NCBI GenBank assembly: GCA_964626665.1
Contig: CAZVGK010000002.1
Span: 1-64,000 of the forward strand
Source of the DNA: an uncultured Gemmatimonadota bacterium
Lineage (GTDB): Bacteria > SM23-81 > DAOVCL01
Length of the DNA: 64,000 bases
Direction: 5' to 3'
Shown: in pieces, positions 1 through 10,800 of the stretch
How positions within the stretch are numbered: position 1 is the first letter of the stretch
Layout of the letters: every line of letters starts with the position of its first letter
Made by a program: the position numbers and the translations under genes
Notes under the pieces: generated by a model
What the model was told of the DNA's origin: nothing
Databases searched by the model: none
The model's input: only the letters and a program-made list of their open reading frames with translations

Positions 1-117
1 GGGCCATTTACATTAGCTATGGTGGTGAGAATGAGCTAAATTTATATTCATATCGGAGATTTTAATCATATAATAAGTCTCTTCTCATAATTCACTAATA
101 AATATGGAGACGATGGC

Positions 118-250
118 GGATAACGGGGCGGCGGGTAAGCGAAGTCCGCTGGAGGGAAAGCTTGCTTTCACTCCAGCGGACTGGGTAAGCGAATTTGGGT
201 GAGCCCCGATGGCTATTGAGGTGAACCACTTACCCTGCCGCCCGATAAGC
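118..250 (+). other. attC-like (integron cassette-type) imperfect hairpin
   Basis: GGATAAC at 118-124 and GATAAGC at 244-250 (one mismatch from GTTRRRY); arms AACGGGGCGGCGGGTAAG / CTTACCCTGCCGCCCGAT pair with a bulge; ~133 bp; follows an AT-rich stretch; no integrase in window. Confidence 0.45.
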
Positions 251-399
251 TAAATGCGCCCTCATTTAGCTTGGCTGATCTCGATAGAAAGAAGTCGATC
301 ATTACGTTGCTGCCCTTCCTTTTTTACCACCAATGAGATTAAGGTAAGCATAACAATTTAAGTGAGTTCAGTCAAGGGGTTTTTAGGAGGATCCCCTGT

Positions 400-641
400 A
401 TCCGAATTATTCATAAACCGCGGATGAACCCCGTTAAATAAAAGCCATTTTGAGAACGCAATGATGCCTATTTCTAAATTATTTAACGGGGTGAAAGCAG
501 ATTTTCACAGATTTTATAAGAATCTCCCCAACAATAGGTTTTCACCTTTTAGGTGAAAGAAGGGTTTAACCCTAGTTTTTGTAAGTTCCTTATTTTAAAA
601 ATCTTGTGATAATCTTGTGGTTTCCTAATGCATAATCAGGG
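400..641. repeat. Composite MITE-like repeat with nested 63-bp inverted-repeat element (429-491)
   Basis: Closely similar to 39877-40128; inner CCCCGTTAAATAA...TTATTTAACGGGG flanked by TGAA on both sides; copy at 39146-39320 lacks the inner element. Confidence 0.8.
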
Positions 642-1345
642 TGTAATACAAACCTGAAGGATCTTGTTTTTTGAGCGAAGTTTTTTGGGTAGGCTTGCGC
701 CCTCAGTTTACCACTGCACTTACGTTTTTGATTTATTAATCAGGTAATCGAAAAGCAGGGACCGGAGGGAATTACGATCAAAAACCCCCACGGCTCTCAA
801 AAAGTTACACAAAATAGTGATGGGCGAATCAGGTATAATTTTCACCCTCTCCTTAGTCCTCCCCCGTCTCGCCCCGTGTAGTAGTGAAACTTACTACACA
901 GGGCAAGGGGGAGGACATCTCTTGGATGCCCTGCTCTGTAGGCGGCGAGGTTCACTGGAGATTTTTACCCGATTAAATTGGCAAAAACCATTGGTGCGGG
1001 TCCTCATAGGGGCTAAAGCCTGGCAAAGGTTACCCCGACTAAAGTCGGGTAGAAGGGGTCGCATTTGGGTGGATCGAACGGGCTACGATTCATCGGAACC
1101 CCTTCAGAGAACCAAAGGACTTACTTAGCCTGACCCTGGTGGAATCGGAATTCTGCCACCTCAAAAAGGGAACCCTCCGACTAACAGGCTACGATCCCCG
1201 AGCCACGATGGTTTTTTGGGTTGCGGCTGGACTCCTCCCGGACTTCCCCCTAAAAAGCCCTGGACATCCCCGGGGTAATTGGGTAGATTAGGGGGAACTT
1301 TTATCAGGTTAAGAGGTTAAAAGATAATTTAACGGTTGAGGGCTG

Positions 1346-2224
1346 ATGATACCCAAGGAGATACTAGAGAAGGTCCGCCGCATAGAGATAAGGACAAACA
1401 ACCTGGTGAACAGCGTCTTTTCTGGGGAATACCAGAGTGTCTTTAAGGGCCGGGGGATGGAGTTCTCCGAGGTAAGGGAATACCAACAGGGGGACGATAT
1501 CAGGACCATCGATTGGAATGTCACCGCCAGGATGGGCCATCCCTTTGTGAAGAAGTTCGTAGAGGAGAGGGAGCTTACCGTTATGCTCTTGGTGGATGCC
1601 AGCTCCTCTGGGGAGTTCGGCACGGTAAAACAGATGAAGGGGGAGATAGCGGTGGAGATCTGTGCCCTTTTAGCCTTTTCGGCTATCAAGAACAACGATA
1701 GGGTTGGCCTGATCATCTTCACCGATGAGATAGAGAAGTTCATCCCCCCCAAGAAGGGGAGAAAGCATGTCCTCCGGGTGATCAGGGAGCTCCTCTATTT
1801 TCAGCCCAAACGCAACCAGACGGATATCTCCGCCGCGTTGACCTATCTGCGTAATGTGGTGAACAGGAGGAGCGTGGTCTTTTTGGTCTCCGATTTTATG
1901 GCCAAGGGATATGAAAAGGCCCTCAAGGTTGCCCATCACAGGCATGATATAATTGCCATCACCATAACAGATCCGCGGGAGATGAAACTCCCCAAATTAG
2001 GTTTTATCCAGCTTGAGGATGCTGAAACAGGGGAGGAGATCCTGATAGATACATCAGACCCTCAGTTAAGGGAGTCCTTCTTTGGGCTCTCCTCAAAGGA
2101 GAGAAGGGAGAGGGATAAACTGTTTAGGTCGATAAATGTTGACCAGATAGACATCATCACCGACAGGTCCTACATCAAACCGCTGATGCAGTTCTTCAAA
2201 ATGAGGGCTAACAAGTTCAGATGA
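1346..2224 (+). CDS. DUF58 / VWA-like MoxR-associated protein
   Basis: GEYQSVFKGRGMEFSEVREYQ.GDDIRTIDWNVTAR and FVEERELTVMLLVDAS motifs; upstream of Bat genes. Confidence 0.93.
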   Translation: MIPKEILEKVRRIEIRTNNLVNSVFSGEYQSVFKGRGMEFSEVREYQQGDDIRTIDWNVTARMGHPFVKKFVEERELTVMLLVDASSSGEFGTVKQMKGEIAVEICALLAFSAIKNNDRVGLIIFTDEIEKFIPPKKGRKHVLRVIRELLYFQPKRNQTDISAALTYLRNVVNRRSVVFLVSDFMAKGYEKALKVAHHRHDIIAITITDPREMKLPKLGFIQLEDAETGEEILIDTSDPQLRESFFGLSSKERRERDKLFRSINVDQIDIITDRSYIKPLMQFFKMRANKFR

Positions 2225-2237
2225 GCAAGGGAGGTTA

Positions 2238-3692
2238 ATGATGTCCTATAAATTTGGCTTTTGCACAGTGATCATTGTGTTATTAGAATGCTTCACGACA
2301 TTTGCTCAGGAAAAGGATACGATGAAATTGCCAGACACACCCGTGGCTCGACAATTCAACAAATTCTTACAAGCCATTGAATCAGGAGATTACCAACCAT
2401 ATATCCAGGAGAATTTTTCGCAGAGCTTTCTTGATGCCTTCCCCCTGTCGACTCATCTAGAGTTTTTCAAGCAAATGCACATAACGCATGGAAGATTTTC
2501 AATCCGTGCCATAGAAAAATCGACTGAGCATGAATTGATTGTACTGGTAAAGAGCAAAAAACTTGATGCTTGGCGGCGCTTGGTGTTCCATACAGAACCC
2601 AGGTCACCATACAAAGTAACTGGGATACAGATTGACATGGCATCATCTCCTGATAAAGACCAGGAACAGATTAAAAAGATGAGTGAAAAGGAAATCTTAC
2701 AATATGCCGAGGGCGAATTGAAAAGGATGGTGGAAAAGGACGAGTTCTCGGGTGCCGTTCTCATCGCCAAAGGCGGACAGCTTATATTGAAACAGGCGTA
2801 CGGCATGGCCAGCAAAAGATTCAATGTTCCGAATAATGTAGACACAAAATTCAATATCGGATCGATCAACAAATCCTTTACCCAAATGGCCATTGCACAG
2901 TTGTTGGAAAAAGGCAGGATATGCCTGGATGACAAGATAAGCCGATATCTGGATAACTTCCCAGAAGAGATCGGTAATAAAGTGACGATAAGGCACCTAT
3001 TGACCATGCGCTCGGGAATGGGACATTATTGGACTGAGGAGTGGAGAGCAAAGTGGGCAACAATCAAAACTGTCGATGCGCTCATTGAAATCATCAAAAA
3101 AATCCACTTGGATTTCGAGCCTGGAGCGAAGCAGCAGTACAGCAATTCCGGTTATGTAGTGTTGGGGGCAATTATCGAGAAGGTCACAGGGCAAAGTTAC
3201 TATGACTATGTACGTCAGAATGTCTTTGAGCCTGTGGGCATGTTCAATACAGATTCCTACGAATTGGATCAGGTCGTCCCTAATCTTGCCATTGGCTATA
3301 CCAGTAATCTTTCTCAAGCTCCCTATGCCAACAACAAGTGGCAGAACAACTTGTTTCTGCATTCTGTAAAAGGCTCGCCTGCGGGGGGAGGGTATTCGAC
3401 AGTAGATGATCTCAATCTCTATGTGGAATCTCTCAAGGAGAATAAACTGGCCAACGAGAAATACACAAATATGGTTTTAGGTTTGTTTGGTAACATTGAC
3501 AATTCGGAATGTCGCCCTGGCAAATTCGGTATTGCTGGTGGCGCGCCTATTGGTATAAATGCTGTGATGGAGGCTGACCTGGAAAATGGCTACACCGTGA
3601 TAGTTTTGTCGAATTATGATCCGCCTGTTGCGGAGAAATTGGGCAAAAAGATATTTAACATGCTTTGCATTCAGTCATCGAATGAAAATTGA
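2238..3692 (+). CDS. Secreted serine hydrolase, beta-lactamase/PBP-like family
   Basis: Signal peptide; FSGAVLIAK, GSINK (SxxK), TIRHLLTM.SG, YSNSGY motifs; more AT-rich than neighbours. Confidence 0.88.
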   Translation: MMSYKFGFCTVIIVLLECFTTFAQEKDTMKLPDTPVARQFNKFLQAIESGDYQPYIQENFSQSFLDAFPLSTHLEFFKQMHITHGRFSIRAIEKSTEHELIVLVKSKKLDAWRRLVFHTEPRSPYKVTGIQIDMASSPDKDQEQIKKMSEKEILQYAEGELKRMVEKDEFSGAVLIAKGGQLILKQAYGMASKRFNVPNNVDTKFNIGSINKSFTQMAIAQLLEKGRICLDDKISRYLDNFPEEIGNKVTIRHLLTMRSGMGHYWTEEWRAKWATIKTVDALIEIIKKIHLDFEPGAKQQYSNSGYVVLGAIIEKVTGQSYYDYVRQNVFEPVGMFNTDSYELDQVVPNLAIGYTSNLSQAPYANNKWQNNLFLHSVKGSPAGGGYSTVDDLNLYVESLKENKLANEKYTNMVLGLFGNIDNSECRPGKFGIAGGAPIGINAVMEADLENGYTVIVLSNYDPPVAEKLGKKIFNMLCIQSSNEN

Positions 3693-4167
3693 TACGTCAA
3701 TAGGTGGGTATAATCACTATTCTTGTGGTGATTTGATTGTTTAACTAAGGTTTGTAGGCGGTTGAAGGTTTCTGTATGGATTCGAATTTTTAGAGCACTC
3801 TTGCAGTTGTTTATAACTCCGAAAATTAGGTGCCTCTTAACCTTCTGTACCTGAAAACCAGAACATTAAGAAGGAATGACTGCATACAAAAAGGCTGAAA
3901 ATTAGGTAGCCGTAACCTTTAGGTTGCGTAAGTGGACGATTTATGAGGTTTCTTTTCGCTTACTAAAGCCTGTGGCTACCCCTTGGAGATTTTTTGCAGG
4001 AGAGTCAGGAATTAAAATACAAAATTGCCTCGTTTTAAATACAAAGGATATACAACGCAAGAGCAATTCGGTTCGGAAACCGAATTGCTCTGCTGTGAAC
4101 TTAATCTAAAATTTATCTACACTTTGTGCCTTGGTGTCTTTGTGGCTGAATAGAGCAAAGGAGGTGG

Positions 4168-4779
4168 ATGAAAGCATTAGGAGTGGCCTTTAGCGCCCGC
4201 AAGGAGGGAAATTGCCTGAGTTCCCTCCAATATTGTCAGGAAAGGCTAAGGGGGAAAGGTTATGAGACGGAGCTGATAAATGCCTATGATCACAAGATAA
4301 CTCCTTGCAGTCACTGTGAGTATGAGTGCTTCTCCTTTGGGGAGGAGGGGAAGGCCGCCCTCTGTCCCCTGCAGGATGATGTTCCCTGGCTCTATGAAAA
4401 GTGTAAGGATGCAAATCTCTCTATCTTTGCTATTCCCACCTATGGGGGACACCTTTCTGGCCTATATATGGCCTTTGGGGAGAGGGGGCAGTCACAGTTC
4501 TCCGATTGGGAGGAGTTCCGACAGGGTTTCTCCTCCAAGGTAAATTTGATCATCATAGGAAACCTTAGCTCTGGGGGCGATATGGCCCTACATGAGGCTC
4601 TCTGCGATTTCTATAACCTTGACCCTCCTCCCGAGACGTTGTTCCTCTCGGCCAGGCAATGGGGGAACAATTCCTTGAAGGGCGACCTGGTGAAGGAGTT
4701 AGGGGTAAAGGCGAGGTTGGAGCAATTCGTTGATCGTATTCACAGCAAGGAGAAGCGTAAGAAAGGAGGTTGGCATTGA
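4168..4779 (+). CDS. Flavodoxin-fold / iron-sulfur flavoprotein-like (NADPH-dependent FMN reductase family) protein
   Basis: S.RK.GN phosphate loop, PCSHCEYEC..CPLQDD cysteine motif, IPTYGG; RBS GGAGG. Confidence 0.75.
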   Translation: MKALGVAFSARKEGNCLSSLQYCQERLRGKGYETELINAYDHKITPCSHCEYECFSFGEEGKAALCPLQDDVPWLYEKCKDANLSIFAIPTYGGHLSGLYMAFGERGQSQFSDWEEFRQGFSSKVNLIIIGNLSSGGDMALHEALCDFYNLDPPPETLFLSARQWGNNSLKGDLVKELGVKARLEQFVDRIHSKEKRKKGGWH

Positions 4780-4845
4780 TTGAAGTCAAGAACCTGACCA
4801 AGTATTATGGTTCCCAGATGGCCATTGAGGATGTGAACTTTCAGG
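4776..4845 (+). pseudogene. N-terminal fragment of an ABC transporter ATPase
   Basis: TTG start after AAAGGAGG translates as MIEVKNLTKYYGSQMAIEDVNFQ, a typical ABC ATPase start; similarity ends before Walker A. Confidence 0.7.
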
Positions 4846-5232
4846 GTGGAGAAGGTGGAGATAAGGTATCCGGATCAAATTATCATCTGTGAGAAGGACA
4901 CCAGTGGGGGATGGATGATGGCCAAACCAGTCTCGGCTAAGGTGAAGAAGTGGAAGGTCTCCAGCCTCTTCTCTGACCTCTCAGGTTTGCGGGCGAAGAA
5001 ATTTCTCCTTCCGACTAAGCGACTTTCCCGCTATGGCCTCAAATCCCCCCAGGAGGAGACAATTCTCCACGAAGAGGGGAAGGAGTTGGTCTGGGTCCAA
5101 TTGGGAAAGAAGGTAGGCGATCTGGTCTACCTAAGGGATAAGCTGAGAGGGAAGTTCTTTATGGTGGAAGCGAAAAGTGCTGAAAGGCTTAAGCTAAAGC
5201 CCGAGGATATAAAGGAGAGGGTTTCCAAATAG
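4846..5232 (+). pseudogene. C-terminal fragment of a DUF4340-like protein
   Basis: W.M.KPV.AK...VSSLFSDLSGLRAKKF, YGLKSP, VQLGK..G..VY pattern; no signal peptide or RBS; abuts ABC fragment out of frame. Confidence 0.6.
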
Positions 5233-5235
5233 CCT

Positions 5236-6177
5236 ATGTGGATTGCCATCATTCTACTTCTGTTTCTTCCCCTGGGCTCCCCCGGGGATTATCTCTCCGT
5301 CAAATCCTCGGTCGATAAAGCCAAGATAACCGTGGGAGATCCCATCACCTATACCCTTACGGTGACCAGACAGGAGAGCGTAAAGGTGGTCCCCCCCGAA
5401 CTGGGAGCAAACCTGGGGGGATTTGAGATCAGGGACTACCACCAGGAGCAGGGGAAGAAGCTTAAGGATGGGAGGATCCAGGATAGGGTGAACTATGTGA
5501 TCACCATCTATCAGACAGGCGATTACCAGATTCCACCTGTGGAGGTGGGATATACCCTCCCCAATGGGGAGAAGGGAAAGTTCTCTTCCCAGCCGATAAA
5601 GATTCAGGTGGAGAGTGTCAAGCCAAGCGATGCTCAGAATATTAAGGGCATCAAGGACCCAGTAAGTATTGGTTTTGATTGGAAGCCCTATTATAAGTGG
5701 GTAGCCTTGTTTCTCTTAGTTGTTGGGGTGGGGGGCTATTTTTGGTGGAGGAAAAGGAAGGCTGGGATAATCATGGAGGGGATAGAGTATAAAGGCCCTC
5801 CCCGACCGGCTCACCTCATAGCCTATGAGGAGTTGGAGAGAATTGGTAAGCTCAAGCTCATAGAAAAGGGGGAGATAAAGAGGTATTATACCGAGATCTC
5901 CGAGGTCATCAGGAGGTATATTAGCCGTCGGTATGAGGTGCAGACTATGGAGCTGACTACGGGAGAGATAATCGACGGGATGCTCGCTGCGGAAGTGGAT
6001 GGAGAAGATGTCTCCCTCTTCCAGGAGTTCTTAGAGGAGTGCGATCTGGTCAAATTTGCCAAGTATTTCCCTCCCCAGGAGAAGATGGGGGGGGCGATAG
6101 ATTGGGCCCGCAGTCTGGTTGAGAGAACCAAGGTTGAGGAAAAACCCCAGGAGGAAGAAACCTATGCGGCTGGCTGA
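5236..6177 (+). CDS. Bat-operon membrane protein (BatD-like Ig domain + TM + helical C-terminus)
   Basis: Signal peptide, VDK..ITVGDPITYTLTV, TM, AYEELER...YYTEISEVIRRY...DLVKFAKY; overlaps batA start. Confidence 0.8.
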   Translation: MWIAIILLLFLPLGSPGDYLSVKSSVDKAKITVGDPITYTLTVTRQESVKVVPPELGANLGGFEIRDYHQEQGKKLKDGRIQDRVNYVITIYQTGDYQIPPVEVGYTLPNGEKGKFSSQPIKIQVESVKPSDAQNIKGIKDPVSIGFDWKPYYKWVALFLLVVGVGGYFWWRKRKAGIIMEGIEYKGPPRPAHLIAYEELERIGKLKLIEKGEIKRYYTEISEVIRRYISRRYEVQTMELTTGEIIDGMLAAEVDGEDVSLFQEFLEECDLVKFAKYFPPQEKMGGAIDWARSLVERTKVEEKPQEEETYAAG

Positions 6178-7150
6178 TCTCTGGTTCCTCCTTCTTTTAG
6201 CCTTTATCCCCTTATACCTCTGGTTGACGATCTTCCACCGGAGGAAGGAAGGGACCATCCGCTTCTCCGATCTGGGAAGTATAAAGAGGGTAAAGGGGGG
6301 AAGGTCTGCGCATTATCGGCGGGTCCTCATCTTTCTACGCGGCCTGGCCCTCTCCCTGATGGTGGTGGCCCTGGCCCGTCCCCAGGCAGGCAGAAAAAGT
6401 GAGGAGATCTTAACCAAGGGGATAGATATAGTCTTAGCCATAGATGTCTCCACCAGTATGAGGGCGGAGGACTTTAAGCCAAACAACAGGCTCTGGGTGG
6501 CCAAGGAGGTGGCCAAGGATTTCATCAGGGGAAGGAGAAACGACCGCATAGGGCTGGTGATCTTCGCCGGGAAGAGCTTTACCCAATGTCCGCTTACCTT
6601 AGACTATGGGGTTCTCTTAAGTTTTTTAGATCAGGTGAAGATCGGGATGGTGGAGGATGGGACGGCCATTGGGATGGGCCTGGCCACGGCCATAAACAGG
6701 CTCAGAGATTCCCAGGCCAAGAGCAAGCTGATTATCCTCCTCACCGATGGACGCAATAACCGGGGGGAGATCGATCCGGTGACCGCGGCCAAGGCCGCTC
6801 AGGCCTTAGGGATTAAAATATACACAATTGGGGCAGGGAAGAGGGGGAGCGCCCTCTATCCGATTGAGGACCCCATCTTTGGAAAGAGATATGTGAGATT
6901 GCCGGTGGATATAGATGAGGAGACCTTGAGGAAAGTTGCCACCACAACCGGGGGCAAGTATTTTCGGGCCACCGATGCCCAGAAGCTCTCGGCCATTTAT
7001 AAGGAGATAAGTCGGATGGAGAAGACGAAGATCAAGGTTAGAGAGTATATGGAATATTCGGAGAGGTTTGGCCGCTTCCTTTTCCCTGCCTTTCTCTTTC
7101 TGATGATAGAGATAGGGCTGGCCAACACCAGGTTCCGGAAGATACCGTAA
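6164..7150 (+). CDS. batA: BatA VWA domain protein
   Basis: ALARPQ, GIDIVLAIDVSTSM (MIDAS), NRL..AK, GTAIG.GL, LLTDGRNN; ATG at 6164 preferred over ORF-track start 6119. Confidence 0.9.
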   Translation: MRLADLWFLLLLAFIPLYLWLTIFHRRKEGTIRFSDLGSIKRVKGGRSAHYRRVLIFLRGLALSLMVVALARPQAGRKSEEILTKGIDIVLAIDVSTSMRAEDFKPNNRLWVAKEVAKDFIRGRRNDRIGLVIFAGKSFTQCPLTLDYGVLLSFLDQVKIGMVEDGTAIGMGLATAINRLRDSQAKSKLIILLTDGRNNRGEIDPVTAAKAAQALGIKIYTIGAGKRGSALYPIEDPIFGKRYVRLPVDIDEETLRKVATTTGGKYFRATDAQKLSAIYKEISRMEKTKIKVREYMEYSERFGRFLFPAFLFLMIEIGLANTRFRKIP

Positions 7151-7160
7151 CTGCAGCTTA

Positions 7161-7288
7161 CAGTAGTCAGAGGTCAGAAGGCAGTTCACAGTGATCAGTT
7201 ATCAGTTGCCAGGGATTAGGGCATGGCCTCTGACAACTGGCAACCGACAACTGATTACTGATTACTGATTACTGACTACTGGCTGCTG
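7161..7288. repeat. 7-nt-periodic inverted array (CAGnnnn)n...(CTGnnnn)n
   Basis: cagtagt cagaggt cagaagg cagttca cagtgat cagttat cagttgc ... ctgacaa ctggcaa ccgacaa ctgatta ctgatta ctgatta ctgacta. Confidence 0.85.
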
Positions 7289-7445
7289 TTTCCCCACTTT
7301 AGGCTTGACTAAAAGCAAGGGAACCATATCTTAAGGACAGGGCCTATTTAAAGCGAGGTGGCAGAACCCTTGTTCTGCCCCCTCCCCACTTAGGTGTTGT
7401 AGCCCGTTAAGGCGGGAAGATTGACGGTAAAGACAGGAGGTAAAG

Positions 7446-7628
7446 GTGAGCACGGCCAAAGAAGAAGTTCAGAGAATACTTGCCCAAATTCCAGACGATG
7501 CATCTCTTGAAGATATCCAATACCACATTTATGTTTGCCAGAAGATCGAACGCGGGCTGAAGGATGTTGAGGAAGGCCGGGTGCTTAGTCAGGAAGAGAT
7601 TGAACGGCGGATGTCTAAATGGCGTTAA
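7446..7628 (+). CDS. Putative antitoxin (RelE/ParE-partner type), no adjacent toxin
   Basis: AKEEV..IL..IPDDASLEDIQYHIYV.QKIERGL.DVEEGRV.SQEE pattern; RBS AGGAGG with GTG start. Confidence 0.6.
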   Translation: MSTAKEEVQRILAQIPDDASLEDIQYHIYVCQKIERGLKDVEEGRVLSQEEIERRMSKWR

Positions 7629-7688
7629 CCCGAGCTGTTCATTCATGAATTTGCGGGTAACATCTTGGACCGTTGGTGGATTCTTACC

Positions 7689-7749
7689 GTAGGGACAAGT
7701 CTTTAGACTTGTCCGTGGAGGGCGGACAGACCTAAAGGTCTGTCCCTAC
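7689..7749. repeat. GTAG-type REP-like palindrome doublet (second copy 11139-11199)
   Basis: GTAGGGACAAGTCTTTAGACTTGTCC...GGACAGACCTAAAGGTCTGTCCCTAC; near-identical copy after the 7839 gene. Confidence 0.75.
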
Positions 7750-7838
7750 GAAATAGCAAAAGAAAGGAGGGACGGATGAAGCATCTGTTTGGGGCATGGG
7801 AATGAGGTGGCAAGTCAACAAAGAAAGGAGAGAGAAAG

Positions 7839-10800
7839 ATGAAACGCCTATTTGGAGCAATCGTAGTCCTCATCCTCTTCTCAGGCTCGGTTTATGGGGC
7901 TCAGGAAAAGGATCCCTTCAACCTGAGAGACGTGATGGAGAGAGTAGCACACCATCCTAAGATAGATGGGGAAAAGATCACCATTGGTGGAGAGGTCTAT
8001 CAAGCAACTTTTGATGGCTCGGAGGTTATCTTAACCTCAAGGGATGGAAAGCATAGCTACAGGATTCCCATTGGGGAAGGGGCAGAACCGTATATAAAGG
8101 ATGGCAGGGTATGCTATGAGACCCCTGATGGGGAGATACAATTTAGGGGGACCAGATTTGGCCTGAGATACCAGAGGATAATCAATGATCCTGGCTTTGG
8201 AAAGTATCTGGGGGATATGGCAATTAGGATGAAGGGGCGAGGGGATCTGGTTCATCATAAAAGGCCAAGCCTTTCAAATGCAAAGGGTCGTAGGGTGCCC
8301 TACAGGGCTGACCAGGGGAATCTCTGGATATCCCAGAAAGATCTTGCTTCCTCGCAATTTCCCCTCAACTTAGGCGGCGAATTCCTGATTGATACCACTA
8401 TTGTGTATGTACCAGCGCCTGATAGACAGGATTTTCCTTCCGTAGCCTTTGATGGCACAAATTACTTAGTAGTGTGGACAGACGAACGCAGTGGCTGGGA
8501 CATCTATGCGTGTCGAGTGAACCCATCAGGTGCTATATTAGACCCCTCAGGCATCTACATTTCAACGGGAGGATCAACATCTCGATCGGTAGCCTTTGAT
8601 GGCACAAACTATCTTGTGGTATGGACGGGTGAGGGCAGGAGTGGTGGTTATGCGGACATCTACGGCTGTCGAGTGAGTCCGATGGGGACCGTATTGGACC
8701 CAGGCGGCATCGCTATCTCACCGCCAGACGGCGGGTACGATGCGTATCCGTCGATAGCCTTTGATGGCAGAAACTATCTTGTGGTATGGAGACATTACTT
8801 GTACGGTTATGATATCTACGGGTGTCGGGTGAGTCCATCGGGTACTGTATTAGACTCCACAGGGATTGTTATATCAGCGGCTGCAGGTGACCAAAGCGGT
8901 GGATCAGTAGCCTTTGATGGTACAAACTATCTAGTGGTGTGGACAGACCAACGCAGCGGCAATGATAGTGACATCTATGGGTGTCGGGTGAGCCCATCCG
9001 GGAGTGTATTAGACCCAGACGGGGTTGCCCTATCAGCTGCAGCAGGTGACCAAGGCGGTGGATCAGTAGCCTTTGATGGTACAAACTATCTAGTGGTGTG
9101 GACAGACTATAGCAGGGACATCTGGGGCTGTCGGGTTACTCCATCGCTTATAATATTGGACCCATCAGGCATCAACATTTCGACGGAAGGATGGGGGGGT
9201 CCATTTGTAAGCTTTGATGGCACAAACTATCTAGTGGTCTGGGATGGTGTCTACGGACGTCGGGTCAGTCCATCGGGTACTGTATTAGATACAGCAGACA
9301 TTCATATTTCAATGGTAGGAGGGTCGTTTCCATCGGTGGCGTTTGGTGATACAAACTATCTTGTGGTATGGGAAGATCGGCGCAATACAAGTTCGGAAAA
9401 CTATTCTGACATTTACGGGTGTCGGATGAGCCCATCGGGCACCGTATTAGACTCTGAAAATATCGGCATCTCAGGGGCAGCAAATAGCCTCTGGTATCCA
9501 TCGGCAATCTTTGGTAACACTAACTACCTTGTAGTGTGGGAAGACTATCGTGGCGGCAGTGATGACGTGGACATCTATGGGTGTCGGGTGAGCCCATCCG
9601 GGAGTGTATTAGACCCAGCGTGCATCCCCATCTCAACGGCAGCAGGTTACAGTGAATTATCCCCCTCGGTAGCGTTTGATGGGACAAACTACCTCGTGGT
9701 GTGGGCAGATTGTCGCAACGGCAGTGATGTTGACATCTACGGGTGTCGTGTAAGCCAATCGGGTACTGTACTGGATACAGCAGGGTTTGCCGTCTCAACG
9801 GTACCAGGTGGGCAGGGATCTCCAGCGGTAGCGTTTGATGGCGCGAACTATCTTGTGGTATGGACGTACTCTCGTGGTGGCAGTGATTCTGACATATATG
9901 GGTGCCGTATAGATCAATTAGGGACGGTACTGGACCCAGGAGGCATCGCCATCTCGACGGCAGCAAATAACCAGGGGGTTCCATCGGTAGCGTTTGATGG
10001 TACAAATTATCTTGTGGTATGGGAAGACTATCGCAGCGGCAGTGATTCTGACATCTATGGTTGTCGGGTGAGCCCAGCAGGAGCCATATTGGAGCCAGCA
10101 GGCATAGCCATCTCGACGGCAGCAAATAACCAAAGGCGCCCTTCGGTATCCTTTGATGGCACAAACTATCTGGTCGTGTGGCAGGACAAGCGCAGCGGTG
10201 GAGGGCGTATTAGCATCTGTGAGTGCCGGGTTAGCCAATCAGGCACTGTATTAGACCCATCAGGCATTGCCATTTCAACAGGACCAACATTGCAGGAATC
10301 TCCGTCAGTAGCGTTTGATGGGACAAACTATCTCGTGGTATGGGAGGACTATTTCTACGACGGTGAACGCAATATCTGTGGGTGCCGGATAGGCCCATCA
10401 GGTGATCTAATAGATTCATTATTTACGGTGACAACCCAATCCGGTGATCAAGTCTGGCCAACATTGGCGGCGGGAGCAAATGGTCAAATTCTAATTACCT
10501 ATTCGGGATTTACCCCTTATCCTTACAACGCAATGCGTATCTGGGGGAAATTTTATCCCTTTACCGGGGTAGAGGAAGAGCCAACCCCAGGGGCATTGCC
10601 GCAGCAGTTTACCTTGGAGCAAAATTATCCCAATCCGTTTAATTCAACTACAGCCATTAGCTATCAGTTGTCAGCTATCAGCTATCAGCGGTCAGCAGTC
10701 AGCTTAAAGATTTACAACATTTTGGGGCGGGAGGTGAGGACACTGGTGGATGAGGAGCAACCTGCGGGTAATTATCGGGTTCTGTGGGATGGAAGGGATA

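Noticed and set aside
817-1128. 103-aa ORF
   Set aside because: Made of palindromic repeat families seen elsewhere (e.g. 45100-45341, 57744-57810); no recognisable motif.
8430-10400. Possible DGR template/variable repeats among propeller repeats (given the Avd-like gene)
   Set aside because: Differences are not adenine-specific, all copies are in-frame coding blades, and no reverse transcriptase is in the window.
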